Shown here: piece after piece, positions 24,356 to 38,942 of the stretch | Layout of the letters: each line of letters starts with the position of its first letter | Numbering within the stretch: the first letter of the stretch is position 1 | NCBI GenBank assembly: GCA_051362555.1 | Contig: CM120643.1 | Location: 10,230,001-10,294,000, forward strand | Length of the DNA: 64,000 nt | Direction of reading: 5' to 3' | From: Lingula anatina | Taxonomy: Eukaryota > Animalia > Brachiopoda | The notes under the pieces: generated by a model | What the model was told of the DNA's origin: nothing | Seen by the model: only the letters and a program-made list of their open reading frames with translations | Database searches by the model: none | Translations under genes and position numbers: made by a program

Positions 24356-27300
24356 GTCATCTAAGTGACAGTATAACTTGACCATATAATGTAAGTCATG
24401 GCTTAAAGCAATTCATAAAAAAAATAAGTTCTTATTCTAATTCTTTATTCTTGTACCTGAGGAACCCGTCCAGTGGGGTGACAAAGGTGACAGGTTGAAC
24501 CACCTTGGCCAGATCTGTCCCCAGCTTGCTGTCAGAGTGGGCGTGAAGGAACATCTGCTGGCAGAAGTTCACTATGGTGCGAACCTCTCTAGATTTCTGA
24601 AACGATGGTTTTCAGTATTTCTTCTGATCACAAATGCTAGACAACTTTTATTTATAACTCCATCATTCTTAAATTTTGGTATGTATTGTTTTATTTATAT
24701 TTTACATAAGTGTACTGTATTTTTCGCTCATAAGCACAATAAGAATGAGACTGAGACTTAATCAACACATTAAGGATATCTGGTTAATAAAAAGCACAAA
24801 CAAACTTAACATTGTGCATTCTAACTGATTTAGGGTGCAATAAATAAATATTATCATAATCTTCTTCACTGTTATAACACTTAAGTCTAAATATCCTTAT
24901 TACTATCAACATTTTTATAACTATTATTATTAGTAAGTATTATAACATTATTCAAAGTCCACACCTGATCAGCTGGTAAAGTAAAGTGTGTGTGCACCAA
25001 CATCAGTATCTCCATGGCAACTAGGGACAGCCTATCAAAACAGTGGCGATGGAGAAGACTGTTGGCACATGTGACACGTAGCGCCAGATGAGCAGTGACG
25101 GAGGTGGTGATGGCATGAACTGTTCGTTTGCAGGTTTCTGAATCCTAAAAAATGAAACATCGAAAAGTTAATTTGCTAATTTTAATCTATTAAGTCTATT
25201 GTTAAACAAATCCAAAGATAGAATATACAGATAATTTAATCTTCTCTATCAAGAATAATTATTGTGCCCAAAAAAATTATGTGAATGAGAGTGAGAGAGT
25301 GTAATGATCTTTTAAAAAATCCAAAAAATTAAAAAAATTTGATTAATTAAAAAAAATAAAGTCTGACTGCTTTTTCTATGCAATTTCTTATTGATCTGAT
25401 ATTTTGTATGAAGCATTAATACAATGAAACAGCATGCCCTCAAATTGCATACAAACCTGCCATGTGACTGGTGGATCAGATAACATAGGGGCCAGTTTGG
25501 CAGCATGAGACAGGGAATATTTAAAAGCAATGCAGGCACCATAGCAGAGTAGAGTGGTGTTGGGGGTGAGATGTTCGTTCCATAACTCCTCCAGTATTGC
25601 CATGTCATACCACCTTATCACCTCGACTACACAAGGGAGCACCTGAAAAAAAGGTGAGAAGAGATCCCTGAATTATTGCCTTTTTCAATGCAAATTGGAT
25701 CAATCCTACTTATATGAAAATAAAAGTTAATTGTAATCCCTGAAATAATCTGCCATGTGCAATGATGACTTATGGGTAGTAGTTTACAGGGTGCAGATTA
25801 TGCTCTGGTGGACATTTCAACTCACCAAGTATGTTTTAGTCTATCTTTTATCAATACCAGGACTTTTACCTTGCCATATGCCAGACTTGACAAGTGGAAA
25901 AATATGCAGCAGCCAGCTCTAACTTAACTACCCTTTTCACCCAACCCCTTTTATCTAAAACAATTCCCTTCCTGGTTCCCAAAATATATATAGCAGCCAG
26001 CTTTAAATTAACTTCCCTTTTTACCCAACCCCTTTTTTCTAGCCATATCCCCTTCCTGGTCCCTACCCCCCCCCCCAGCCCCCTCCAATCCCAACCATAC
26101 CCAGGGGCGGATTTAGGCTTCTGGGTTTTCAGGAAGATGGTCAGATTTCCAAGTTTACATTGACGGGTATCTATTTTTTTTTTCTGTCGAAAGAGGGACA
26201 AAAACAGAGGATGGATCAACAAAGATAATTTGGAAGACTGTCAGAAAATATCTCTGGATCCACCCTGCATAAATCAACTACCCTTTTTACCCAACCCCTT
26301 CTTTCTAACCCCATCCCCTTCCTGGTCCTTACCCCCCCCCCCCCAACCCCCCTCCTCCCGCCCCCTCCAATCCCACCCATACCTGCTGTCCCATCCTCCT
26401 GAGCTCCCAGCGTGTGTCAGCCAGACATTCCACAGTCTGATACAGCATGTTCTTCAACAGAGTGGACAATGGCTTCAGTTCTAGGTTGGACAGCCAAGCT
26501 GGCTCCCGGTCATCTGGAAAGCCCTGGTCAGTGGCAGTGCTGGTGTGAATATAAACATATGTAAAATATGAGTAATGGAGTATGTGATGCTAACTTCTGG
26601 ACCCCGAGTCATGTGTTAGTCAAAATTGAATCAAGGAAAGTAAAATCTTGTAAATCTGGTTGGTTACTGACCACTTTATTTCTGCTTAGGGTCAGTAGAT
26701 CAGTAGAAAATTATAGGACACAGCCCCCACCAAATTGCCTGTCACAGGTCTAACTTATATATGCAAATAACAAATTTTTGGCGCAATATAAAAAAAATTA
26801 ATTTAAAGTAATAATAAAAAAATCACACAACTAAGAAGTACTAAAAATTATCAAAAAATTAGAGTTGGGAGTGAGCATAAATGACATAAGCCATCTCTTC
26901 ATATTTGTAAAATAAATTACGTCGACACACTGACACATAGAGGTCAATGGTCTTACCTTAGGGGAGAGGGACACAGGGATGACCTCTGCATATTCTGGTC
27001 TTTATTTGGAATCAGACCAACTTCTTCTTTACTGGGCCTTCTAGGTGCCTCCTTCTTGGCCTGGAATTATTGAATTATGGGAGATACAGTAAAGGAATGA
27101 GAAAAATCAACAATCAAACTATAGGATCATATAAAAGCCAATGATTAATATATTGCATCCCCAATCAATATGAGGTCAAAACTAAGTGACAAACTCAAAT
27201 AACTACATCAATGATTGGATTTTTTCAATGGGGAAAATAATCTATACATATATATTTCTATAAAGCATTTGTGATGCTTTTACTGTATGCCTGTTTTAAT

Positions 27301-29919
27301 TTTTTTTTCAAACATTAAAATAGTATTATTCTAGTTTTAAGAATTTTTGACATAAAAAATTCAATATCCGTAAAATTCACAACTTCCCCATAAAAAAACA
27401 GAGTAATTACTGAATATTGATTATTCATTCTAAAACTTTATCCGATAAGTTGGTCTTTCATTTTTATAATACAAATACAGAAACTTCAAAATGATTAAAT
27501 TTTCAAGATGCATACATCTGTAAAATGCCAGAAAATGAATTAAAAATCAAAATCAAATGCCATTTAAGAGTGACAGTCTTCTAACCCTCTTGTCAATAAC
27601 CCGTGTGTGTGTGAGAAGCGACGAGGCCTGTGGTCCTGACAGCGTTCCCGGGGGACGGAATGGGACATTTGGTTTAACGTAATACGAGTACTGGTGCACC
27701 AGGCTTCGTAATGATGGGCACGTCAAGTGATGCTCTATGCTGCCTGACCTATTGAAAGAAAACACAAAATGTGAGATATGAGCGTAAAGAGAAAACATGT
27801 GATGTATTACTAGTAATTGATAGTACAGAAGAAGTATGCACAGTGTTTGCCTCTTAGGAAAATAAGTTGCTGGACCGAAAGTCCAGCCATCTTGAAAAGT
27901 AGCTGGACTGAATGTCTGCCCGGTGGGAAAACTTCTCAGCCTGTTCTAAAAGTTGTCAGCCACGGGCAGACGGTCCAGCCTTAATTTCTAACACTGAGTA
28001 TGCAAACAATATATTAGAGCATGGTACCTCAACTTATATTTAAAGCTGAGCTATCAACCCATTAGTTTTCATATTAAAATCATCAGGGAAATTCAGACAT
28101 AACAACGATACTGGGATCACTCTTTGTCTCTATAACATATCGGTCGGACTCTATTGTTAAAGTTATAATGTTGCAATTCTTACCTGGCTCTAATCTGGCC
28201 ACCAGGTGGCTCTGTCTGTACTTGAGGGACGTAGAAGTTGCCTACTGTTTGACCACGTTGCTGCAAAGACAATGACCATCAATCAAACAACTGCAAAACA
28301 TTTTACAGTGAAATGAAAAGGACAGTTTTGGGCCCCCTATAATTCATACCTGACACAGCTTTATCTGTTTCTGCACAGATACATTCTTACAGTAAAATAT
28401 CTTTTCTGGCTTCCATAATCATAATAAAATACTACAATCCAATATTTAAACAGTGTCAATACAGAGAACATACTTCATCCCCATATTTCTCCTCTTAAAG
28501 TTATATTCTCAAGTTTGGGCACTTCTGACACATTTCTTCTACTTACATGGACCAACCACTACTCAACCAAATTCCAAACTCCAAGGGCAATGCGAGGAGC
28601 AAACATCACTTCTTTTACTTCTTGAATTTATATTTTAGTATATTCAGCAAGGGAAATCTTTGCATTACTTGTATTTTCTATTAAGGATGCAACATATTTC
28701 AAGACATGACTACTAACTATTTGAAAAGAAACTGAAAACATTTAAGAAAACAAAAATCTCTATCTCTCAATTGCAAACCATACCAGCCCTTGCTATATAC
28801 GACATAGGATGGATTATGGTCTAAAAGGATCTACTGAAGAATATTAATCACAAGACTTACGTCCACCTCTAGAAAATTGCCCCTATTTATAACACCAAGG
28901 TCTTTAACTTTAGGGCTGAGAGAATTCTCAGCTTGCAGGATACCAAATATTTCTGTGGGATGAAAGCACAGATGACAGAAGTGTTTTAAGAAACAATACA
29001 ACCAGGCTGATAGAAATTTAAAATTTGAAGCCAAAAAAGTGAAATAAAAAGCATTAAAACAAAAAATAGCAAAAGAAAATATTATCAATTTAAATAATAA
29101 AATACAATAAATAACAAAAATAATAACTATTATCAAAGAAAGACAAAACATATTAAGCCTCATATCTTTCCTTACTATAAATAAGAACAGTATGCCAACA
29201 TCGTAAATAACACAAAAACAAAAAATAATTTCAAAAGACAATGAAGCAGAGTGACATGTACGACTGAGACCATCTAGTTGTAATTGTTGTCTTCATCAAA
29301 CAGTGAGTGCATACGCTACCTTCGCCCACATAACCCTACGCAGTGGCTGGAGGGGAGAAATGACAGATACAGGATAAGGAAAAGAGTGCATGCGCAAGTA
29401 GAATCAACATTATTATGTTATTTGACATGGAGGATTTTTAGGGAAGGATGTTATGGGGTATGTTTATAGATCTATTAATGTGTAATTTAAGAGTTAAGGC
29501 TCATTTTCAACAAAATTGTTGTTCTATGTAGATCGATTCAACTTTGCAGATTGTTGGATCGATCTACATAGAGCGAGTTAAATTGGGAATGAGTCCTTTG
29601 TCTAGTTTAAATCCCCATATACACTACAATATATGTAACTTTTTACACATGTAAAAGACAAACTGCTCTGAAGACAATACACAGAGAAATGGACAAACAC
29701 ACACGTATGCAAACATACAGCCATACATACACACGCATGCCCACACACCCACATAAACACTGATATGCCTACCTACATAAACACACTGATGAGTACAATT
29801 GCAAGTACCAACATACACTTAAAGAATCATATACTTAATAAACAGACACTCATGCATGTGTACCCATGCACGCTCACACACACACACATGCACACACACA
29901 CACGCGCGTGTGCACGTAT

Positions 29920-29950
<31 letters not shown>

Positions 29951-32900
29951 CACACACACTTACTGGAGCTGGTGGTCTTCCTGCACTGGAGCCAGATGTG
30001 GACAGAGGACTTTCACTACGGATATCTACATCCACTTCATTGGCTACTGTATTGCACTCCTGTAAAAAAAATGGCATGTGCTTCATAATTTATCAATTTG
30101 AAACTGAAGAGTGCTTGTACTGCATTTTATCGCTGACTGTTGAAAAATAGTTAAATTGATTTTTTTTCACACTCTCTACATAAACTTGTTAAGTCATGAT
30201 TATATACATTTCACTTAATTACCTGATTTATAGTATTAAACTCTAAATTGCAATTAATTTGATTTTTTGTAGGTTAACAGAATATAGAATTCAACACTGT
30301 AAATTAGTTAATGAAACAAGCACACCTGAAAGTGGCAAAATGAGTTGAAGCAACCAGTAAAACTTATTTCAATTACTGAGATTGAGATATCATGAAGAAA
30401 TCAAGCAGACATACTATGCTATAAGGGGTTTAACTTTTGGTGAAAAACAAGGCTCCAGTCAGCTTTTTAATGGACAAGGTTCTATGAGAAAGACTATAAG
30501 AAATGTCAAGGTAATAAGCATGGGAAAGTTCAATGCTGGGAATGAGGTAGGAAACAGAGGTAGTCAGGTCACATCTGGCATCAAGGCCAAATACAGACTT
30601 GCACAAAGGAACAGCTGATTTAAGCTCAAATTTGTGGACAAGGTTAAAACAAGGCCAAGGCCAGAGATGAGGTTAAGATCAGAACAGTGAGCAATGCTAA
30701 CCTTTGTTTTTACAACTGTTAAATATAAAATGAGTATCAAAGAGGCCTTAGCTAATGCACTGGTTTGCTTTGATCAAACTAGACCATTATGCAGATGAAC
30801 TTGGTATTTTTTGGTCAATAAGCAACCAAGGGAAAAACCTACTACACTGTAAGACATAAATATGAACTTAAAGACACCCCTTAACACTTTGGAACAAAAA
30901 TTAATTTATACCAAAAATTGGTAAAAGACTGTTTCAAAATGGCAAAGAATGCCAGACTGTTTCATTTAACAGAGTTGGTTACTATAATAATTTCTATTAA
31001 AAACACTTTTTCACACCAGATAATGCACAAAAACACTTCACAAAGGACTGTAGATCAAACTAAGGAAATCACGCTATATTCATCCTTGATACTCCAAGGA
31101 GAAGCACCCTTTTGAATAACAGGCACCTGTACTGTGGCGCCCCCTACCTTTTTGCCCTTTCTAGGCAACTGAACCAACAGACTATCCATTGTGGTTCCTG
31201 CATAGCTGTGACCATGCTTTGTACTTGTCTGCAGTGAAGAGTGCAAGTGTTAACAGTCTGGGCCCAGTTTTATAAAGGACATTTAGCACTAACCAGTGTT
31301 TAACTCTAACCAGACCTTAACAGTCTGTTAGTTAACTGACCTTTAAATAATTAATTAATCCAGTTAAACACTGGCCAGTTAACTAATTGGTTGTTTTCCG
31401 TCAGAAGACTGTATATGAAACACAATTTAACCATCTTTTAGTTAATGGGTGTTAGGAGAATTTATCCACTGGTTAGGCTTATCCACTGGTTAGTGCTAAA
31501 CGTCCTTTATAAAACTGGGCCCTGAATGTTAATATTTGTTGTTAACACACTTCAACAAGGGCAAAAACATGCTATGAAATGATTTAGTATGTTCAAAACT
31601 TATGCATATAGTATGCAAAGATGGTTATTGTTTTTTCAAGTTTATATTAAATTGTGGAGGTTAGCAATTATGTTGAATGGTAAAAGTGAGTCCTGGGTCG
31701 GGAAATAAGTTCTATATAGGACTATATATAACTTATAACTTAACACCAGCTTATAAATATATTTCATCACCAGACAATCCAAAATATAACTGCATTTGCA
31801 TGTACTAGTAATTAGAAACAATCTTAGAAGACTTATTATGCTAGTTTTTAACACAAAAAAATTAAAATTTCCTTTCTGAATTATGGTTTATATTGATTTT
31901 GAAATGGACCTGAAAATCAGTTTTTATTAGTAAAAGTACCCAAGACTGTCAGTATGTGCAGTGAGATTTTTTTCTATATTTATGTAAATGCAATATAAAA
32001 TGGCCCCTTTGTTTATCAAACTGGTAAGATGCAAGTAACATGTCATTTTATGTATAAATTATCACCAGACACACAACGCACATTGTCATGCCTAATACAC
32101 TGTCTCATCCTCCATTCTGTCACACTAGCACTATCACACCTGGGACTGTTGCAATAGTCCAAAGGTTCATTGGTCCGAATGTTCACTGTAGAACCTTTGG
32201 ACCAACGCACCCTTGTTTTAAAAACTGGTGAAAATGTTAGGATTTTTCAGACCAATGAACCTTTGTACCAATGAACCTTCGGACTATCGAGGCACCCCCA
32301 TCACAACCAACACACTGTCCCATCTAACACACTGTCACAAAGGGCACTTCCTACCCATACTCACCCCCGAGCTCCCACTATCTGGACTTCCTGGTGACCT
32401 TGGCATCATGTTCCTAAGAGCCTGACCACCATAACTTTGGCTGTGCTGGAGCTTAGCATGTTTACTGTCTCGAGGAGACCTGAAAGTGGAAATTTAATTC
32501 ATCTAATAATTTGAAATGAAAAAATTTCCAACTACTGTATAGACATAAGAAAAATTTCTATTGAAATTAATTTTTAAATACCTATTCTCTTAAAATATGG
32601 AAGAAAATAAAAAAAAATCTTTAAACTATTGGCTATGTATAATAAAGATATAGGTACAATTTGAATATTCTCAATTTTTAAAAAAGTAATAAATGAATAA
32701 TATCATATTCATGTAACCAAGCTCAAATCAATTTAGAAAAAATGAAATACATAATTGAATAAATAGATAATTAATATTAAAAAATTACACAAATCTTAAA
32801 AAAAGTTCACTCTTACTTGTGATCATTGCCTTCATCTATAGACTGTCCATGTGGTAGCCTGGGCACCGACTGCTGTGATACCAAACCAAAGGTGTATAAC

Positions 32901-35900
32901 CAATGGTTCTTAATGAGGAACCTAAAGATGAGTTCATATGCAAACAGCCTGCCTTCCCTCCATTCCCATGTCTCCGCAAGGGTGGCTTCACCTGAAAGCG
33001 AAAGTGGTGAAAATGAAAGTGAAAGTAGTGAAAATGAAAGTGAAAATGATGAAAATGGAGGTGGTAAAATTGAAGTAAACCATATTCAGTTGAAGTGGAC
33101 AAATGAAAATGATTGGCCAAATGAAAGAGAAGTGAATAAAATTGCAATATATGACAGAGGAATAGAATTCACTGAAAGTGATTGACAAAAATTAAACCAT
33201 ATAATAATGTTACTTTTATGTACTTAATTATGTGACAACTTAACGTCCTCAAAATAAATCTGCTGTTGCCAGGAACTTGCATCTGCATTTAAAAAATAGC
33301 AAGCATACACTCTGTTCAAATCAACTTTTCAAATCTACTTTACACCTAGAGCAAATTCAACATCAAATTAGTAGATTTTCTATACCTATTTAGCTGACTT
33401 TATATATCCATTTCATACACACACATATATATATAACCAAGGTACTCTAAATGCAGGCAATTGAAAAGCTAGGCAGAAACATTCCAAAGTCAAAACATCC
33501 ATTTGGTTTGAAAACATTGCACATATTTGGGCAGTAATCTTATATCAAGCCCATGCAAAACACAGCTGATAGAACTTGAGAGAGAAATTTAATCAGAGTG
33601 TTTTTTATCAAATGTGATTATATATAGAACAGAGAAAAAGTGTATATGAAATACTACAAAATTTTTAAAAAAATGCATATGTCACTCTGTTAAAATAGTG
33701 CTTTCCACAAAAAGGTACCATTGTGCAAAAACATTCCATGCTTAAAAATACACATTTATAATATCGATTCATAATGACCTTAATACGACAGTTGCAGATC
33801 TATAAATTGCCCAAGAGAAATGCCATCCCAGGCCCGTAGCCAGCAATCTCAAAAGGGGGGTTCTTTTTCTAAAAAAGTGGACCTTTTCCCATGAAAACTT
33901 CATGTACCTAGATCAAATTTTACCCAGAGTGGACCTTTTCCCAGCAAAAGGGGCGGTTCTTTCGAACCCCCCGAACCCCCCTGGCTACGGGCCTGCATCC
34001 CAACACTAATCTACACAGAGCAACATCATAAGAACAACTAGCATCTAGGACAACAATAATTAACGGCTAGTGAGAGACAACTGTGTATCATACTTAAAGT
34101 ATATGATTGTTCATTTATTACATGACCTAATTATGCTGTATTTTAAACATTCAATTTTCAATTACTGTGAAAAAGAATTAAAATATAAGATCATGTATGG
34201 AGGCTTATGATGATGAGAGATGATGAAAAATAAAACAAAACAAAAAATATGGAAGATTAAATAAATGCATTTTCAACAGTGTTTTGAATGAGTGAATTTG
34301 ATGTAGTTAACATTTAGCTGTGCAAAAAGGGAAATTATCTTAAGTGCAATCCATATGAAATTTCATGGAAAGTTTAGCACCAACACTTATTCTCTTCTAT
34401 TTAAAAAATCCACTGCCATTTACACTGACAAGACTACAACACATAAAACAACACCAACATCATTTTAGACAGCCATTACCTAAAAATCTTTTGAGAAAAT
34501 TGTCTAAAAGTTTATGCATGAACATTGCACAGTAACCAGTAAAAGAATAATTGTGCAGGAGAATTCATCTCAAATCAGATATTTTGCCATCCGAAAGAAA
34601 ATGTTATATAAAAGTGCTGAGGCACATTTACAAGTAAAAAACTTTGGCAAACACCCATCACCATAAACAATTACCAAAATCACAAGCAAATCCCACATAT
34701 GTTAGTAAAAGAAACATTTAGTTTTATAATTCATCCTCCAAAGCTGTTTCCCTTCACCCATTGATCAAAACTTGTTAGCATATCACAAATGTTCTTATAT
34801 TTTCAATATATTCTTAAATCTGAAGAGTCATTGTGACTGATCATACATAAGTTGTTTTTTTAAATTTAGTTTCCAGATTATTTTCCAAAATATTTATTTA
34901 AGAATTAAGTCTATATGATTTCAGATTAGGAAGAAGGTGGCTTAAAGCTTGTATACTTTAAGTTTTTATGAAGATGAACAAGGAAAGATGACCTTTTTGT
35001 TGACCTCAAAATTCGATCTCAAGGAAAATTGACCTTTTGCTGACTTCCAAAATTTGGATCCAAAGTAAGGATGACCTTCAAGTTGACCTTCAAAATTTGA
35101 TCTGAAGGTCAATAAATGTACATAAAAGTAGTGTATTCTGTGATGTTAATAAGAAGAGCCATGTAGCACACAAAGTCTACATTGAACATTGCATAATAAC
35201 ATTGCCATATATTACCATCCATTATACTTGGAGTATGGGTCTCCACGTGCTCTGCAATGCCTGTGTAGAGAAGTTGAACAAAAATGGCTGAATATTAATG
35301 TTTCTTTTTTTAACTTACGCCACCTGACTGCTTTCATAGTGCCATCAACCCCTACTGGGACACATTTCACGAAAGAACTTAAACCCAAATTTGGTCTCAA
35401 TTTCTAGACTTAAAATTTTGTGTAATTATGTTTGAAATACATCCATAGAAGTCGACTACCATGCTGTAACTCTTGGTCTTAAATTTGAGTCGTTTCTTTC
35501 TTGTTATAAAACAGGCACCATATTGAATTAATTTTATAGTAAGTCAACTATTACTAATGTACCCTGGAATACAGTAGGCTAAAATTTTGGTCTTAAGTTC
35601 TTTTTGTGTGACAATGGCCCCAATTATCATTTAAGCCTAGATTATATTTACACGGGCACTGTGCATTAAATTTTTTTCTTTTTTTTTTATTTTTGAAGTC
35701 GTAAGGAGCGATTTCGCACGGCCACTGTCTACCTCCATTCAAAGGCTGTACGAAAATGATAATACGGGCAGTATACGTGCACCTTATGGGCATCGCATTT
35801 CAAATGTAATCTAGGCTTCATGATTACAATGTGTTTTGCTGAATTCACCTGGGTATTTGAAACACAGATTTAGTACATGAAGCCTGTGATGAGAAGTCAC

Positions 35901-36138
35901 ATAAGCAAACAGGTTTTTGAAAATGGCGCCAGAATACTTAAAAGCAAAAGATCTACAACACAATAGGAGGGAAATATCTGTTTTTAGTAAGTCTAGTTCT
36001 GAACGCTTCTTTGGCTGAGACCTTTTATGTTCTACTATCATTGTTCAGCATGTGTGATACCACACTAAATACATACTAACTGTTCTCAAAAAGAAAAAAA
36101 AATAGAAGCAAATGAGTAATTTTTTTAAATCTAAAAAA

Positions 36139-36193
<55 letters not shown>

Positions 36194-38894
36194 AAATGTT
36201 TCTTTCTTAAGAATTAATTATTACTAGCACTTGTAATAATATTTTTTCTTTAAAAATATAATTCCTGGCACTGGTCCTAATACCTTGTATCCATTCAGCA
36301 TAATAAAATAACAAAGTGACCACATACTAATGACCACTTTTGACAGCAACAAAAATGACCACAATTATTAAACATTAAAGCATTAAATGTAATATAATAT
36401 TTCTCTATCTTATGAGTGCTTGCACAACACACATAATTTACACATTATATGCAAGAAGAAGGCTTTTATGGCTTAGTTTAATATTGACTTAATCTTTGGT
36501 TTTTGTCAATTCTGATTTATACAAAAGAGCTGATGATTCAATCATTATAGAGAAATCTGGATAGATTATTAATTTCATCCAAGGTGGTTACGACTTACTT
36601 GCAGTTTCGTCTAACTTTGTGATGCTTTTTCTCCGCCCTCTGGGGCACGTCCAGGAGTAGGATCTAGTCCTTGAAGGACCTAATGAAGGATGGCTGTCAT
36701 GGGACCTGTTATAATACAAAATGGCTTCCATAAAAAAGATGGACACCAAATTCTTCAGATTCTGAAAGGATCTCTTGTAGCAGCAATATTAGCAAATAAC
36801 ACCATCCGCATACTTCCTAACTTCATTAACTTTACTCTAGCAACAGCTTGTTTGTATTTTTATTTTCTCTGTTTTTTTATCAAAATGCACATTTTTTCAA
36901 CTTCTCCTACCTTGGGCTACCTCCGCTGTCCTTTCTTTCTCCTCGTGTTTTGAGAGGTTTAAAGTGGCAGAAATGCTGAAGGTTGCAGGGCTGGAGTAAG
37001 AGGTCCATGTTAACTTTCCAGTCAGTGCTCAGGTTTTGTAATACCAGCTTTAGAAGAGTGGGATTACTGCTATCTTTGGCAACTGCATAGAAGTAAATAC
37101 ATATAATAAGAAGCTTTTCTTATTTTCTTTTAAGTAAAGTGTTATCAATAACATTGTGCATGGTTCTTTTTTTCTTTTTATTTTGCCTTCAGACAAGGCA
37201 TTCAGCAAATGCTTTTCACTCCTCCTTGATTTCCATTCTTGCCCCCCCCCCCCCTCCTCCTACAAATAACATGGACCTGTAAGTTGCCATGATAAGACTT
37301 TTGCATACCAAACACCCTATTTTTCATGGCCACATTTGGCTCAACTCTACTCACCGAGGTACTTGAATATTGTGCTGGTTGCCTGTCTCACTGTGGAGGC
37401 AGGGTGCATGAGGTACAGGCTGAATGTAGAGAAATACAGGGGCCAGTTTGGGAGCAGGAACCCAGGAGGGATGTGCTAGAAACAAACAAAATATAAAATA
37501 CAATATACAGGGAAGGGACAAGAGAATGTTAAAAAAAAAAGATTACCAATCTCCCCTGATTTTCCCCCAGAGAATATTAGAGAAAGGGAGAAAAAATCTT
37601 CCTCACACTTGAGTTTCTCTGAATTTTTTATAAAGATGGGAGCAGAAAAGGTTAGAAAGGGCAGGGGTAATCATCATTATTCTCCGATTTCCCCCACATT
37701 TTACCAAGGAAACAAACGTTTTAAACTGTAAAACCCAATGGGATAAAAAAAAAATTGTGCAGAGTGCACACTATCTGAAAAAGTAATTTTATAAAATAGC
37801 ACCATTAATGGTTGGATAGTCATATTGTTCATGAGGTAATATTCTAAACTAATTCAGGATCTGACATTTGAGACGGACACATATTTTTGGCAGTTCTATT
37901 CTCCTAAACCAGCCTTACCTTCACTAAGAACACACAGACGCCCAGCAAACCTTCTGCAGCATAAGCGTCCATGAATCTGAACCCAGAACCTAATACTGTT
38001 GCATGAGGAAGAGGCTGAAATGGACAAGATAGTTAATCACTATGGTGTTTAAGTCAACTTCTGCCAAGCTTTTAAGAATAATGTATAAGTGACCTGTCAC
38101 ATTTGTTTTCTGCAATTACAGACCCACTTATTAGGCATGGTATTTTTCTCTTTTGTCGATACTTTTGATTTTTACTGTCAACTTTTGAACTTGATGAGTG
38201 AAATGAATGACACTGAATGAAATAAAACCATCATTAATAACTCTTCTAACCAAGTTTCCGTTTGCCGTTTCATAACTGGGGAGATTAATTCCCTGGCACA
38301 GTTGCTTGATCAGATCTCGAAAAGCCGTCAAAGCTTCCTAAAATAAAAATGATTTATTTATGATATCATGCAGAAATAGTCTTTACACTTTTTTCAAAGC
38401 TGTCAAATGTTCTGCAAAACAAACAAGCATAAAAGATAGATTTCTGAATTTTGCATACAGAGAAAGACAATAATTAAATTAAAACTGTATTGTGATAAAT
38501 TAAGAGAAAAGCCATCCCACAATATACCAAATGTTGTATTATGGAAAAATGAAAAGAAAGAACTTTCTGGCCAAACATCTCATATCATGCTTATTAAAGA
38601 AGAGAACAAACTTTCTGACAATATTGTTCAACATTGTCAAGTCAGCTTGAAATGGAGATGTTATGAAAAAATATGCCAGGAGCTACTTGCACCCTGACTG
38701 CCCTGTACTGTGGTGCCATTTTAGAAGAAAATTACCTTAAATTCACATCTGGATAAGAAAGATGAGAAAGCTTTGGTGGCATTCTCTCTGATACTGAGCT
38801 GTGGATGGGCCAGCAGTGGGAAGATCACTGTGTGCATCTGACTCGTGATAAACACTGGCATCTCTGACATCTCCTCTTTTCCAAACTATTTGTA

Positions 38895-38942
<48 letters not shown>

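Noticed and set aside
28831-29241. 136-aa hydrophobic ORF resembling a membrane protein
   Set aside because: Arises from T-rich intronic sequence; only the 3' part is exon-like.
29765-30150. His/Thr-rich ORFs (also 40258-40563 and 3039-3266)
   Set aside because: Translations of (CA)n microsatellites.
32826-33185. Plus-strand ORF with ESE/ENE acidic repeat
   Set aside because: Antisense to a real exon plus a hexamer simple repeat.
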